Origin: Acidimicrobiaceae bacterium
GTDB taxonomy: Bacteria > Actinomycetota > Acidimicrobiia > Acidimicrobiales > Aldehydirespiratoraceae
Reading direction: 5' to 3'
Length of the DNA stretch: 64,000 bases
NCBI GenBank assembly: GCA_009837445.1
Contig: VXTM01000004.1
Coordinates: 4,642 to 68,641, forward strand
Of the stretch, positions 41,736 through 50,634 are shown piece after piece. Every line of letters starts with the position of its first letter. The stretch's first letter is position 1. The translations under genes and the position numbers were made by a program. The notes below the pieces were generated by a model that saw only the letters and a program-made list of their open reading frames with translations, did not search any database and was not told the origin of the DNA.

Positions 41736-42683
41736 GTGTTGTTCTGCACCGACACGTTCCTGCGCGACCATGGGCCGAGGCTGCGCGCCGCCGCACCCGG
41801 TCTTGATGCCGTCGTCCTCGACTCCAGCGACACCATCGCGGCCGCCGACATCGAACGGGCGACCATCGCCTTCATGTCGCGCGACACCTGGCCGGCCCGA
41901 GCCCGAGCCTTCATCGACGGTGTGATGGCAGCCAAGAGTCTGGACTGGTTCCATGTCATGTCCGCCGGTGTCGACGGACCCCCCTTCGATACTCTCAGAG
42001 CACGGGGCGTCCGCGTAACCCGATCGGCGGGAGCATCGGCCAACGCAATGGCCGAGAGCGTCTTCATGTTCCTCCACGGGCTGTCTCGCAACCTCCGCAA
42101 CGCTCACCTCGACTACGCCCAACGCCGGTTCGAGTGGCATCGCTGGCGCGAGCTCGAGCATCGCCGTATCGCCGTGCTCGGCTACGGGCCCGTCGGGCAG
42201 CGGATCGTTCATCTGGCGCTGGCGTACGGTATGCAGCCAACCATCGTTCGCCGGCATGCCCGCGGTGACGAGCCGTGCCCCACACGGGCGGTGAACGAAC
42301 TCCGCGAGATAGTCGCCGACCACGACGTGATCGTCATCGCGCTGCCCGTGACCGACGACACCCGCAACATCGTCTCCGCCGATGTCATCGCGGCCATGGC
42401 TCCCGAGACCGTGGTCATCAACGTGGCCCGCGGCGCCCTGGTGGACCAGACCGCTCTCACAGAAGCGCTGAAGGCAGGACGGGTCGCGGGCGCAGGCCTC
42501 GACGTCTTCGTCACCGAGCCACTCCCGCCCGACGACCCGCTGTGGGAACTGCCCAACGTGCTGATCACTCCCCACAACTCGGGCTCCAGCCACGGCAGCC
42601 CGTTACGGGTCATCGACCTGTTCTTCGACAACCTCGACCTCTACCTCGCCGGCCGCCCGATGCACTACGAAGTACCCGGCTAG
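41736..42683 (+). CDS. D-isomer-specific 2-hydroxyacid dehydrogenase family protein
   Basis: IAVLGYGPVGQRI NAD fold, INVARGALVD, and ITPHNSG catalytic His context. The GTG start at 41736 is inferred, because the longer ORF 41103.. overlaps the TauD gene. Confidence 0.8.
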   Translation: MLFCTDTFLRDHGPRLRAAAPGLDAVVLDSSDTIAAADIERATIAFMSRDTWPARARAFIDGVMAAKSLDWFHVMSAGVDGPPFDTLRARGVRVTRSAGASANAMAESVFMFLHGLSRNLRNAHLDYAQRRFEWHRWRELEHRRIAVLGYGPVGQRIVHLALAYGMQPTIVRRHARGDEPCPTRAVNELREIVADHDVIVIALPVTDDTRNIVSADVIAAMAPETVVINVARGALVDQTALTEALKAGRVAGAGLDVFVTEPLPPDDPLWELPNVLITPHNSGSSHGSPLRVIDLFFDNLDLYLAGRPMHYEVPG

Positions 42684-42775
42684 AGGCCGAGCGAACCGGC
42701 GAGCCAATCCGGCCCAGACGGGCGAGGCCGTGGCCCGAGCGGCCCGTGAGCGCAGCGAACAAGAGCGGGAATGAC
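42682..42775 (+). repeat. roughly 95-nt intergenic element, copy B (direct repeat of 13051..13145)
   Basis: It begins inside the stop codon of the 2-hydroxyacid dehydrogenase gene, at the end of an operon. The core is identical to copy A except for a 1-nt indel. Confidence 0.8.
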
Positions 42776-42864
42776 ACCGCCACACCGCGACCGGCTCTCG
42801 CCTGCCGCAGTGCCCCGCTAGAAGCCGAGCGGGGACGCCTGTGCGCTGTTGACCGTGCAGAGAC

Positions 42865-42885
42865 AAAAGAGTATCCTGAATACGG
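42865..42885 (+). promoter_or_regulatory. AT-rich box AAAAGAGTATCCTGAATACGG; the -10-like TATCCT ends 8 nt before the ATG (leaderless-type promoter)
   Basis: It directly abuts the start codon at 42886, with no SD possible. It shares the 11-nt core GAGTATCCTGA and the following TACG with 44540-44554, offset by one extra A. Confidence 0.5.
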
Positions 42886-44535
42886 ATGGCCGCCTCGCAA
42901 CACAACGACGGCCTCTCGGGAGGCCCACCCCGGTACTTCGCAGTCGCGGAACCTGTGCCCGGTGTGCTGCTGGTCGGCACCTGCGTGCGGGGCATCTCCC
43001 GCTCTGCCGACAACGGCAGAACCTGGAAGCCGATCGACGGCCTCGACCACATCAGCATCAACACCTTCGCACCGGCGGCCGGCGACGGCATCCTGGCCGC
43101 CACTTCCGGAGGGCTCTTCCGCTCCGATGACCACGGCCAGAGCTGGCACCAGCTCGATGAGAAGCCGATCTACGCCACTGTCGCGGACGGCGCCGACCGG
43201 CCCAACGGTCTCAGGACCTTCCGGCTCCTCGAGCTTCGCGACGGACGCGTCGTCGCCGGAACCGACGGGTCCGGCGTATGGGTGCGCGACAACCGGAGCG
43301 GGTGGGCTCCGCTGGGTGCAGCCGGAACGATGGTCAACAGCCTGGCCGAGACCTCATCGGGCGCGATCCTGGCCGGGACACACGGCGACGGTGTCCTCCG
43401 GTCCGACGACGGCGGCGCCCGCTGGGATCCGTCGTCCGATCATCTTGGTGACTCCTCGGTCCATGCGCTGGCCGTGCTCGACGACGGCTCGGTACTCGCA
43501 GGTACGGGCCAGGGCCTTGCCCGCTCGCTCGACGACGGCCGGACGTGGCAGCGAATCGCCGACGAGCTCGACACCCATCGCATCTTCTCCGTTCTCCAAC
43601 TCGACGACGGGCGCATCATGGCCGGCAGCTACGCCCACCTGTGGATCGGCGACGGCGATGCCTGGCGCCTCGTCGATCCCGGCCTGACGCCCGACGAGGC
43701 CTGGGCAGTCCATTTTCACCGCGACGCCGTCTACGCCGGTGCGAAAGCCGGCCTCCTGCGGTCCGACGATCAGGGCCATACCTTCCGGAACGTGGCCCCC
43801 GGATCGGTGGTGTACGGGTTCGCCAGCAACATCGTCGGCGAGCTGCTGGCCGGCGGTGACTGGGGCGTCCGCACCGGCCCGGACTGGGAGCCGGTCGGCG
43901 AGCTCGGTCCCCGGGCTTTCGCGGTCTTCGCCCTCGGACCGGAGCACTTGCTGGCCGGAACCCTCAGCGAGGGTCTCATGGAGTACCGAGACGGGGTCTG
44001 GAGTCCGGTCGCCGGCGGCCCGCCCCACCGGCAGGTGTACCAGTTCCGTCGGGCCGCCGGTGGACGGCTGCTGGCATGCACCGGGGACGTGATCGACGGG
44101 ATCAAGGTCGGCGGCGTCTTCGCCTCCGACGACGGCGGCAGAACCTGGACCGAGACCCTGTCCGGGCGCAGCTACTACAGCCTCACGCAGACCTCCGACG
44201 GCATGATCTACGCCGGTGGCCGCCGCTGCTACATCTCGGCGTCCGGCGACAACGGCGACACCTGGGAACCCCGTCCCCTGCCACTCGGCCAGGAGGCCAA
44301 GATGTACTCCCTGCACGCCGACAGCCGGGACCGGCTGTTCCTCGGTGCCGGCGGTCAGCTCCTTCGCAGCCTCGACGGCGCCCGCACCTGGACCGTCCTC
44401 GACGACGGGATCGACGGTGTGAGCTTCTACGACATCCGCGAGGGTCCCGGCTCGATCCTGGCCGGCGCCACCACCAGCGGGGTGTACACCAGCGCCGACG
44501 GTGGCGACACCTGGCAAGCCGGCAGCCTTGGCTGA
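42886..44535 (+). CDS. BNR/Asp-box repeat beta-propeller protein (sialidase/Ycf48-like fold), no obvious signal peptide
   Basis: At least nine SxDxGxTW-type boxes, e.g. SADNGRTWKP, SDDHGQSWHQ, SDDGGARWDP, LDDGRTWQR, SDDGGRTWTE, SGDNGDTWEP and SADGGDTWQA. Confidence 0.85.
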   Translation: MAASQHNDGLSGGPPRYFAVAEPVPGVLLVGTCVRGISRSADNGRTWKPIDGLDHISINTFAPAAGDGILAATSGGLFRSDDHGQSWHQLDEKPIYATVADGADRPNGLRTFRLLELRDGRVVAGTDGSGVWVRDNRSGWAPLGAAGTMVNSLAETSSGAILAGTHGDGVLRSDDGGARWDPSSDHLGDSSVHALAVLDDGSVLAGTGQGLARSLDDGRTWQRIADELDTHRIFSVLQLDDGRIMAGSYAHLWIGDGDAWRLVDPGLTPDEAWAVHFHRDAVYAGAKAGLLRSDDQGHTFRNVAPGSVVYGFASNIVGELLAGGDWGVRTGPDWEPVGELGPRAFAVFALGPEHLLAGTLSEGLMEYRDGVWSPVAGGPPHRQVYQFRRAAGGRLLACTGDVIDGIKVGGVFASDDGGRTWTETLSGRSYYSLTQTSDGMIYAGGRRCYISASGDNGDTWEPRPLPLGQEAKMYSLHADSRDRLFLGAGGQLLRSLDGARTWTVLDDGIDGVSFYDIREGPGSILAGATTSGVYTSADGGDTWQAGSLG

Positions 44536-44554
44536 AATTGAGTATCCTGATACG
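44535..44554 (+). promoter_or_regulatory. AT-rich box AAATTGAGTATCCTGATACG; the -10-like TATCCT ends 6 nt before an in-frame TTG of the P450 gene
   Basis: It starts at the last base of the BNR stop codon. It contains the palindrome GTATC-CT-GATAC and is a twin of the 42865-42885 box. Confidence 0.45.
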
Positions 44555-45763
44555 TTGGACGCCGTGACGGCGGAGGTCGACTTCGACCATCACTCCGAGG
44601 ACTTCGTGACCGACCCCTGGTCGCAGTTGACCCGGCTGCGCTCGGAGTGCCCGGTGGCCCGCACCGGCAACCACGGCGGGTTCTGGGTGCTCACCGGCTA
44701 CGAGGAAATCCGCCGGGTGGCCACCGACGACGAGACGTTCTCCTCGGCGGAGACGCTGGTGATCCCCCCCAAGAAGAACGTGGGGCAGAAGTCCATCCCG
44801 GCCGAGATGGACCCGCCCGAGTTCCTTGCGTTCCGCCGGGTGTTGCACCCCATGCTGTCGCCCGCCGCGGTCGACCGTATAACGCCGGTCATCGAGCGGT
44901 TCGTGCACGCCGCCATCGACGACTTCATCGAGAAGGGATCCTGCGACTTCGTCCACGACTTCGCCGACCCGGTGCCGGCCATGACCACGCTCTACAAGCT
45001 GGGCCTGCCCGTCGAGTTGTGGAACGAGTTCTCCGTCCCGCTGCACCAGGTGGTGTTCCTGCGGCAGGACAGCCCCCGGCGGGTCAACGTGACCGAAGGC
45101 CTCCAGTTCGTGGCGCAGACCCTCAAGGACACGATCGCGGCCCGCCGCAAGGCACCGCGCGACGACATGATCTCCTACCTCATCAACTCCACCGTGGACG
45201 GCCGTCCAGTCACCGACCACGAGGTCAGGGAGATGGCGACCCTCATCGTTCAGGGAGGCTTCGACACCACCGGATCCGCCATCTCGAACGCACTCATCCA
45301 GATGGACCGCGACCGCGGCCTCCGGCGCCGCCTGATCGAGGAACCTTCCCTGATGACCTCGGCCGTCGAGGAGTTCCTGCGCTACGAAGCCCCGCAGATG
45401 GCGATGGCCCGCACCGCCAAGAAGGATGTGGTGATCGGCGGCCGCGACATCGCCAAGGGCGACCTTCTGCTGCTGGTCTGGGCGTCGGCCAACCGCGACG
45501 ACTCCGTCTTCGACGACCCGGACGCAATCGTCCTCGACCGGTTCCCCAACCGTCATGTGACTTTCGGGATCGGCGCCCACCGGTGCCTGGGATCCAACCT
45601 GGCCCGGCGCCAGATCCAGGTCGCCCTCCAAGCTGTGCTGCGCCGCCTCCCCGACTACACCATCGACCATGACAGCGCAGTGCGGGCCGAGACCGTCGGC
45701 ATCGTCTACGGGATGTTCTCGCTGCCGGCCAGCTTCCCGCCCGGCGAGCGCTGGTTCTCATGA
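44555..45763 (+). CDS. cytochrome P450
   Basis: Heme-binding FGIGAHRCLGSNLAR and EEFLRYEAP (ExxR). The start is uncertain: GTG 44501 (overlaps the BNR gene by 35 nt), TTG 44528, TTG 44555 or GTG 44564. 44555 is chosen from the promoter-box spacing. Confidence 0.9.
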   Translation: MDAVTAEVDFDHHSEDFVTDPWSQLTRLRSECPVARTGNHGGFWVLTGYEEIRRVATDDETFSSAETLVIPPKKNVGQKSIPAEMDPPEFLAFRRVLHPMLSPAAVDRITPVIERFVHAAIDDFIEKGSCDFVHDFADPVPAMTTLYKLGLPVELWNEFSVPLHQVVFLRQDSPRRVNVTEGLQFVAQTLKDTIAARRKAPRDDMISYLINSTVDGRPVTDHEVREMATLIVQGGFDTTGSAISNALIQMDRDRGLRRRLIEEPSLMTSAVEEFLRYEAPQMAMARTAKKDVVIGGRDIAKGDLLLLVWASANRDDSVFDDPDAIVLDRFPNRHVTFGIGAHRCLGSNLARRQIQVALQAVLRRLPDYTIDHDSAVRAETVGIVYGMFSLPASFPPGERWFS

Positions 45764-45830
45764 CGCGAGCGACCGCCGCCACTGGGACCGCGGCGCTCGT
45801 GATCCAGCAGGAAGGGGAGCGATCCATCCC

Positions 45831-46991
45831 ATGAGAGAAGGCTTCGAGTTCATCGACACCGACCATCACGTCGGCCCCAACATGGAGACGCTGCACAAGT
45901 ACGCCGACCAGGCACTGTTGGACCACTGGGAGGAGTTGGTCCCCTACTACATGAAGGTCACCGAGGGGCACCACCTCAGCGTCGCTCCTATCCCCTACCG
46001 GCGCGACCTTTACACCGGCACCGACGCCCAGCAGACCGAGGTCGGCCAGCGCGGCGCGCAGGGGCCCCTCGGCAGCGCGGTGAAGCACAACTTCGACACG
46101 AAGCCGGTCCCGGAGGTCAACAACGAGAACAACCAGGGACGGCTCGACGACATGGACACCGAGGGCGTGGACATCGCGCTGATCTTCCCGTCGACCTTCT
46201 CAACCGCCTCCACCGCGCTCGACCCCGAGATCCAGACCGGGCTCTACGCCGCCTACCACCGCTATCTGGACATCTACTGCAGCCTGGACACCGACCGCCT
46301 CAAGGCCGCGCTGGTGCTCAACGCCCGCGACCCCGAGTGGTCCAAGAACGAGCTCGAGTCACTGGCGGGCAGGCCCTGGGTGGCCGCCGTCTCAGTGATG
46401 CTCCCCGAAGGACTGCCGATCGACGACCCGTCCCTGGACGGGATCTGGGCCCTCATGAACGAAGCCGACCTGCCGCTGGTGCACCACTCCTTCTTCTACG
46501 AGCCGCCTTACTTCCCCGGATACCGGGACATCTGGGGCAACCTGGCCATCGCCCGGATGGCCGCGCATCCCTGGGGCGCCCAGCGGTTGGTCGCCTACGT
46601 GACCCTCAGCGGGATGTTCGACCGCTACCCCAACCTGCGGATCGGATTCGCGGAGTGCTCCGGCGGCTGGGTCGGAGCCTGGCTCAACCGGATGACCTAC
46701 CAGGCCGACTACCTGGCCTCGAAGCTGCCCACCATCGCCAAGACACCCATCGAGTACGCACAGGACGGCCACATCTTCTGCGGCATCGAGCTCGACGAGG
46801 GTCCCGAAGCCGTCAAGGCGGTGGCGGCTGTGGTCGGGGACGGGATCCTGATGTACTCGTCGGACTATCCCCACGGAGGCTGCCGGTTCCCGAACTCCGT
46901 GGACGTTGCGCTCAAGTGGCGAGACGAACTCGGCGACGACACGTTCCGCAAGATCGCCAGCGAGAACGCCCGCCGCTTCCTGCGGATGTAG
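45831..46991 (+). CDS. amidohydrolase-2 family protein (ACMSD-like hydrolase/decarboxylase)
   Basis: FIDTDHHVGPN N-terminal metal motif and SDYPHGG near the C-terminus. The ATG at 45831 has GAAGGGGAG upstream. Confidence 0.85.
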   Translation: MREGFEFIDTDHHVGPNMETLHKYADQALLDHWEELVPYYMKVTEGHHLSVAPIPYRRDLYTGTDAQQTEVGQRGAQGPLGSAVKHNFDTKPVPEVNNENNQGRLDDMDTEGVDIALIFPSTFSTASTALDPEIQTGLYAAYHRYLDIYCSLDTDRLKAALVLNARDPEWSKNELESLAGRPWVAAVSVMLPEGLPIDDPSLDGIWALMNEADLPLVHHSFFYEPPYFPGYRDIWGNLAIARMAAHPWGAQRLVAYVTLSGMFDRYPNLRIGFAECSGGWVGAWLNRMTYQADYLASKLPTIAKTPIEYAQDGHIFCGIELDEGPEAVKAVAAVVGDGILMYSSDYPHGGCRFPNSVDVALKWRDELGDDTFRKIASENARRFLRM

Positions 46992-47006
46992 GCCGAGAAC
47001 GAACCG

Positions 47007-47894
47007 TCAGAGGGCTGCGCCGACAGTTATACGGACGAGGGTGCGCTCAACGTCGCCGTAGTCGTGGACGCCGTAGTGCATGGTGCAGCGGTTGTCCCAC
47101 GCGACGAGGTCCCCGGGGGTCCACGAGTGGCGGTACACGTTGTCGGGGGTCACCGACTGTGCGTGCAGGAACTCGAAGATCGGCAGGCTCTCCGCCTCTG
47201 TCATGCCCTCGAACTGGGTCATCGCCTTGCCGGGACGATTCATGTAGAGCGCCTTGCGGCCGGTGGCGGGATGGGTGGGCGCGATCAGGTGGTAGTGGGC
47301 CACCTCTTCCTTCTGGTCGTCGGGCAGGAGGTCGGAGATCCGGTCCATGTGCCTGACGGCGCCGACCGGCCTGGTGCCCACGAAGCGGGCCCGGCGCCCC
47401 TCGAGGAACTCCTTCATGCCGTCAGAGAGACGGTCGTAGGCGTTGTACTGGTTCGAGAACATGGTGTCGCCCCCGACGGCAGGAATCGTCCGCCCGACCG
47501 CGATCGACACGGTGGGCGGGACCCGGAAGTGCGATCCGTCGACGTGCCAACCCTCCGACGGGGTCTTCTCCTTGCCGAAGTTGGGGATCACCGCGATGTG
47601 GGGATACCCCTCCACCGAGTTGGCCCGGTAGTAGTGGGGCAGAAACGGCTCTCCCCAGAGCCGGGCCACCCTCATGTGGGCGTCGGGCGTGAGGAACTGG
47701 CCCCGCACGACCAGTACGCAGTTCTCGTGGAGCGCCTCACGGATGATCGTTCCCGTCGCCTCGTCGAAGTCCTCGTTGAGGTCGACTCCGGTGACGATCG
47801 CGCCTACCGAGCCGGTGGCCTTGCGAACCTGTACCCCGCCTGAGGTGTTGTCCTGTCCCGCGAGAGCCTCGGTCGAGTCGATGGTGCTGGTCAT
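47007..47894 (-). CDS. TauD/TfdA-family Fe(II)/2-oxoglutarate dioxygenase (paralog of 40807..41643)
   Basis: Start MTSTID at 47894 inside ORF 47007..48173. WHVDGSH, GGDTMFSN and WDNRCTMHYGVHDY motifs. By eye about 60% identical to the other TauD copy. Confidence 0.9.
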   Translation of the reverse strand: MTSTIDSTEALAGQDNTSGGVQVRKATGSVGAIVTGVDLNEDFDEATGTIIREALHENCVLVVRGQFLTPDAHMRVARLWGEPFLPHYYRANSVEGYPHIAVIPNFGKEKTPSEGWHVDGSHFRVPPTVSIAVGRTIPAVGGDTMFSNQYNAYDRLSDGMKEFLEGRRARFVGTRPVGAVRHMDRISDLLPDDQKEEVAHYHLIAPTHPATGRKALYMNRPGKAMTQFEGMTEAESLPIFEFLHAQSVTPDNVYRHSWTPGDLVAWDNRCTMHYGVHDYGDVERTLVRITVGAAL

Positions 47895-47922
47895 GCATGC
47901 TCCCCGGATTCCCGCCCTGCTC

Positions 47923-47946
47923 AAGGTATAGAGTACACCGTATTCG
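47923..47946. promoter_or_regulatory. AT-rich box AAGGTATAGAGTACACCGTATTCG in a divergent intergenic region
   Basis: It lies between the TauD start (47894, minus) and the SBP start (48031, plus). It contains TATAGA/TACACC -10-like hexamers and resembles the other boxes. Confidence 0.4.
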
Positions 47947-48030
47947 CTGGGTCTGAGGCTGCCGCGGGCCATGCCACAGCGGCGGCCGAGATCCCAGCGC
48001 ACGTCCGTCGAGACTCTCGAGGAGCGGCCG

Positions 48031-49512
48031 ATGAGCAAGACCGCACGCACACTCCTGGGGCGGGCTGCGGCACTGGCAACTGTGCTCTCCATGATGGCGG
48101 CCGCCTGCGGCTCCGACAGCGGCGACACCGAACCGGCCTCGCAGCCCGCCCAGCAGCAGGGGACTCGGGCCACAAGCCCCCCGGAGGAGGCCGGTCAGCC
48201 CGAGACTTCCGCGGACGAGTCCGCCCCCGCCGACGACGCGCCCGCCGGCGCGTCTGACGACACCGCCACAGAGGAGACACCAGCCACTACCGCAGCACCG
48301 ACCGAGACCGGCACCACGACGGACGAGCCGCCCGCCACCACCGTTCCTTCCCGGATCGTGCGGATCGGCGTCGCCTTCCCCGACCTCGAAGCCTTCGCGG
48401 TCCTCAACCCTGAGTTCGGCATCGGCGATCCCGAGGCGCAGGCCCTGGCCGTGGTCGACCAGTGGACACGAGAGGGCCTCCTGCCTGCGGGCATCGGCGT
48501 GGAGCTCGTCTTCGGGAAATACAACATCATCAGCGACTCGGCCAAGCTCGGTGTCTGCACTGCCCTCGCCCAGGATTCCGACGTGTTCGCCGCGGTGTCC
48601 AGCGTCAGTTTCACCGTTGGCGCCGAGTGCCTCGCCACCCGGTTCGAGATCCCGATCATCGACACCGACGGCGCTCCCCCATCGCTCTACCAGCGGGGCG
48701 CACCCTGGTTCTTCACCCTGCGCGCCGATCACGGCACACACCTGCGCAGCTACGCCCAGTGGGCCATCGACAACGGCTTGTTCGACGGGAACGTGGGGAT
48801 GTACTACGAAACCCGCCTCGACGAGGGCGTGGAGCAACTGCGCGAGCAGGTCGCCGCGGCCGGCTTCGAGATCGCCTCGGAGACGGCGACGTCGGGCGAG
48901 GGAGTGGGCAGCCCCGAGGATCCCGTCGCAGTGCAGCGCTTCATCGCCGACAGTGTCGATGTGGTGCTGCCGCTGGTGGGCGGTTCGAGCCTTGCCGGTG
49001 TGATGGGCTTCGCCGAGAGTCAGGGCTACCGGCCGATTTACCTGTCCAACGACTACGGAGAGCAGACCGCGGACGTGTCGGGAAAGACACTTCCGGCAGA
49101 GCAGTACGACGGGACCCTGGCCATGACCATGAAGCGGGCTGGCGAGATCGCGGCCGGGATGGTCAACGCAGAGGCGGAGGCCTGTCTGTCCAACTACGAG
49201 CGGTACTCCGGCACCGACATCGAGAGACGCGCCCCCGAGACCGGAGAGTTCGCCAGCATCCTGAGGACATGCGACCTCCTGTCCCTCGTGCTTGCCGGCT
49301 TGCACGGCGCGGCGGCCGACCTAACTAGGGAGAACTTCGTGGCCGCGCTCGAGACCTCGGGCGACTTCACGCCGGCGGGCGTCGCCCCCGGCTCCTTCGG
49401 TCCCGGCGACCACTCCCTGGTGGACCACTACCGGGCGATCCAGTGGGACGCCGGTTGCCCGTGCTGGGTGGCGGTGTCGGACTTCATACCCATGGCCGGT
49501 CGCGACAGCTAG
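48031..49512 (+). CDS. ABC substrate-binding lipoprotein (Leu/Ile/Val-binding type)
   Basis: The ATG at 48031 follows GAGGAG. Lipobox LSMMAAACG, an acidic/Thr linker, then RIGVAFPDLE...DSDVFAAVSS, typical of LIV-type SBPs. Confidence 0.85.
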   Translation: MSKTARTLLGRAAALATVLSMMAAACGSDSGDTEPASQPAQQQGTRATSPPEEAGQPETSADESAPADDAPAGASDDTATEETPATTAAPTETGTTTDEPPATTVPSRIVRIGVAFPDLEAFAVLNPEFGIGDPEAQALAVVDQWTREGLLPAGIGVELVFGKYNIISDSAKLGVCTALAQDSDVFAAVSSVSFTVGAECLATRFEIPIIDTDGAPPSLYQRGAPWFFTLRADHGTHLRSYAQWAIDNGLFDGNVGMYYETRLDEGVEQLREQVAAAGFEIASETATSGEGVGSPEDPVAVQRFIADSVDVVLPLVGGSSLAGVMGFAESQGYRPIYLSNDYGEQTADVSGKTLPAEQYDGTLAMTMKRAGEIAAGMVNAEAEACLSNYERYSGTDIERRAPETGEFASILRTCDLLSLVLAGLHGAAADLTRENFVAALETSGDFTPAGVAPGSFGPGDHSLVDHYRAIQWDAGCPCWVAVSDFIPMAGRDS

Positions 49513-49536
49513 GGCCGGCCCGGCAGCCATCCCGGT

Positions 49537-49555
49537 AATTGGGTATACTGAGTTT
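49537..49555 (+). promoter_or_regulatory. AT-rich box AATTGGGTATACTGAGTTT (-10-like TATACT)
   Basis: Lies 56 nt upstream of the GTG at 49611 and belongs to the same motif family. Confidence 0.45.
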
Positions 49556-49610
49556 CGATCTCGGGCCGGCACGTCCGCCGGTCCTTCGACATCCCAGAGG
49601 GAGGGCACTC

Positions 49611-50600
49611 GTGTCGAGAACATGGAGACTCGCATTGGCCGCGGCCGCCGTTGTGTTGCTGGCCGCCAGTTGCGGTGACGACGCCGAGGATGAGGCGCCA
49701 GCACCGGCGGTTGAGGAGGCGCCTGCACCCGAGCCGGCACCGGAACCAGAGCCTGAGCCTGAGCCAGCACCTGAGCCCGAGCCCGAGCCGGCACCGGAAC
49801 CAGAGCCCGAGCCTGAGCCGGTCGATGAGTTCGATGCGGAGGCTGCGGCTGAGGAGGTGACCGCCAACGTGTCGCTGTTCTTCGACAATCTGGCGCTGGT
49901 GGGCACCGCCGAGGGCGACGTGCAGCAGGCCTACATCGACGAGATGATCGCGGTGCTGGAGGGCTCCGATCCCGCCACCGGCGAGATCTTCAAGATGCTG
50001 GGAACGCTCGCTGCGGGCCTCACCGTCGACATGCGCGATGTGGTGGTGGCCGACGAGGCCAACGCCAGCTTCACCTTCGATCTGCTCATCAACGGCAACC
50101 CGACCCAGGTCACCGACGCCACCGGCACCGCCCTGTTCGAGGACGGCGTCTGGAAGCTCTCCCAGCAGACCTGGGGCGCGCTGGCAGCCCTCGCCGACAC
50201 CGGCGGCGGAGACGAGTTCGATGCGGAGGCTGCGGCTGAGGAGGTGACCGCCAACGTGTCGCTGTTCTTCGACAATCTGGCGCTGGTGGGCACCGCCGAG
50301 GGCGACGTGCAGCAGGCCTACATCGACGAGATGATCGCGGTGCTGGAGGGCTCCGATCCCGCCACCGGCGAGATCTTCAAGATGCTGGGAACGCTCGCTG
50401 CGGGCCTCACCGTCGACATGCGCGATGTGGTGGTGGCCGACGAGGCCAACGCCAGCTTCACCTTCGATCTGCTCATCAACGGCAACCCGACCCAGGTCAC
50501 CGACGCCACCGGCACCGCCCTGTTCGAGGACGGCGTCTGGAAGCTCTCCCAGCAGACCTGGGGCGCGCTGGCAGCCCTCGCCGACACCGGCGACAGCTAG
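49611..50600 (+). CDS. hypothetical lipoprotein with PE-rich linker and two identical 129-aa domains
   Basis: The GTG at 49611 is preceded by AGAGGGAGGG. Lipobox VLLAASCG. The domain DEFDAEAAAEEVTANV...WGALAALADTG is repeated twice. Confidence 0.75.
   Translation: MSRTWRLALAAAAVVLLAASCGDDAEDEAPAPAVEEAPAPEPAPEPEPEPEPAPEPEPEPAPEPEPEPEPVDEFDAEAAAEEVTANVSLFFDNLALVGTAEGDVQQAYIDEMIAVLEGSDPATGEIFKMLGTLAAGLTVDMRDVVVADEANASFTFDLLINGNPTQVTDATGTALFEDGVWKLSQQTWGALAALADTGGGDEFDAEAAAEEVTANVSLFFDNLALVGTAEGDVQQAYIDEMIAVLEGSDPATGEIFKMLGTLAAGLTVDMRDVVVADEANASFTFDLLINGNPTQVTDATGTALFEDGVWKLSQQTWGALAALADTGDS
49692..49820 (+). repeat. GAG-CCN hexanucleotide-type coding repeat (APEPEPEP linker)
   Basis: Translates to APAPEPAPEPEPEPEPAPEPEPEPAPEPEPEPEP. 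Confidence 0.75.
49824..50597 (+). repeat. in-frame tandem duplication, 2 x 387 bp
   Basis: Units are 49824-50210 and 50211-50597. nt 49827-50205 are identical base for base to 50214-50592 (379/379 by direct comparison). Confidence 0.95.
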
Positions 50601-50634
50601 ACGGTCCCGGGCAGCGCCTGTCCGTTGTCGCAGG

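Noticed and set aside
13051-42775. The 29.6-kb segment bracketed by the two roughly 95-nt direct repeats, considered as an integrated genomic island with att sites.
   Set aside because: There is no integrase, recombinase, tRNA or mobility gene inside or at the borders. GC and gene style match the flanks. Both repeat copies sit at ordinary operon ends, so a REP-like or 3'-UTR element is more likely.
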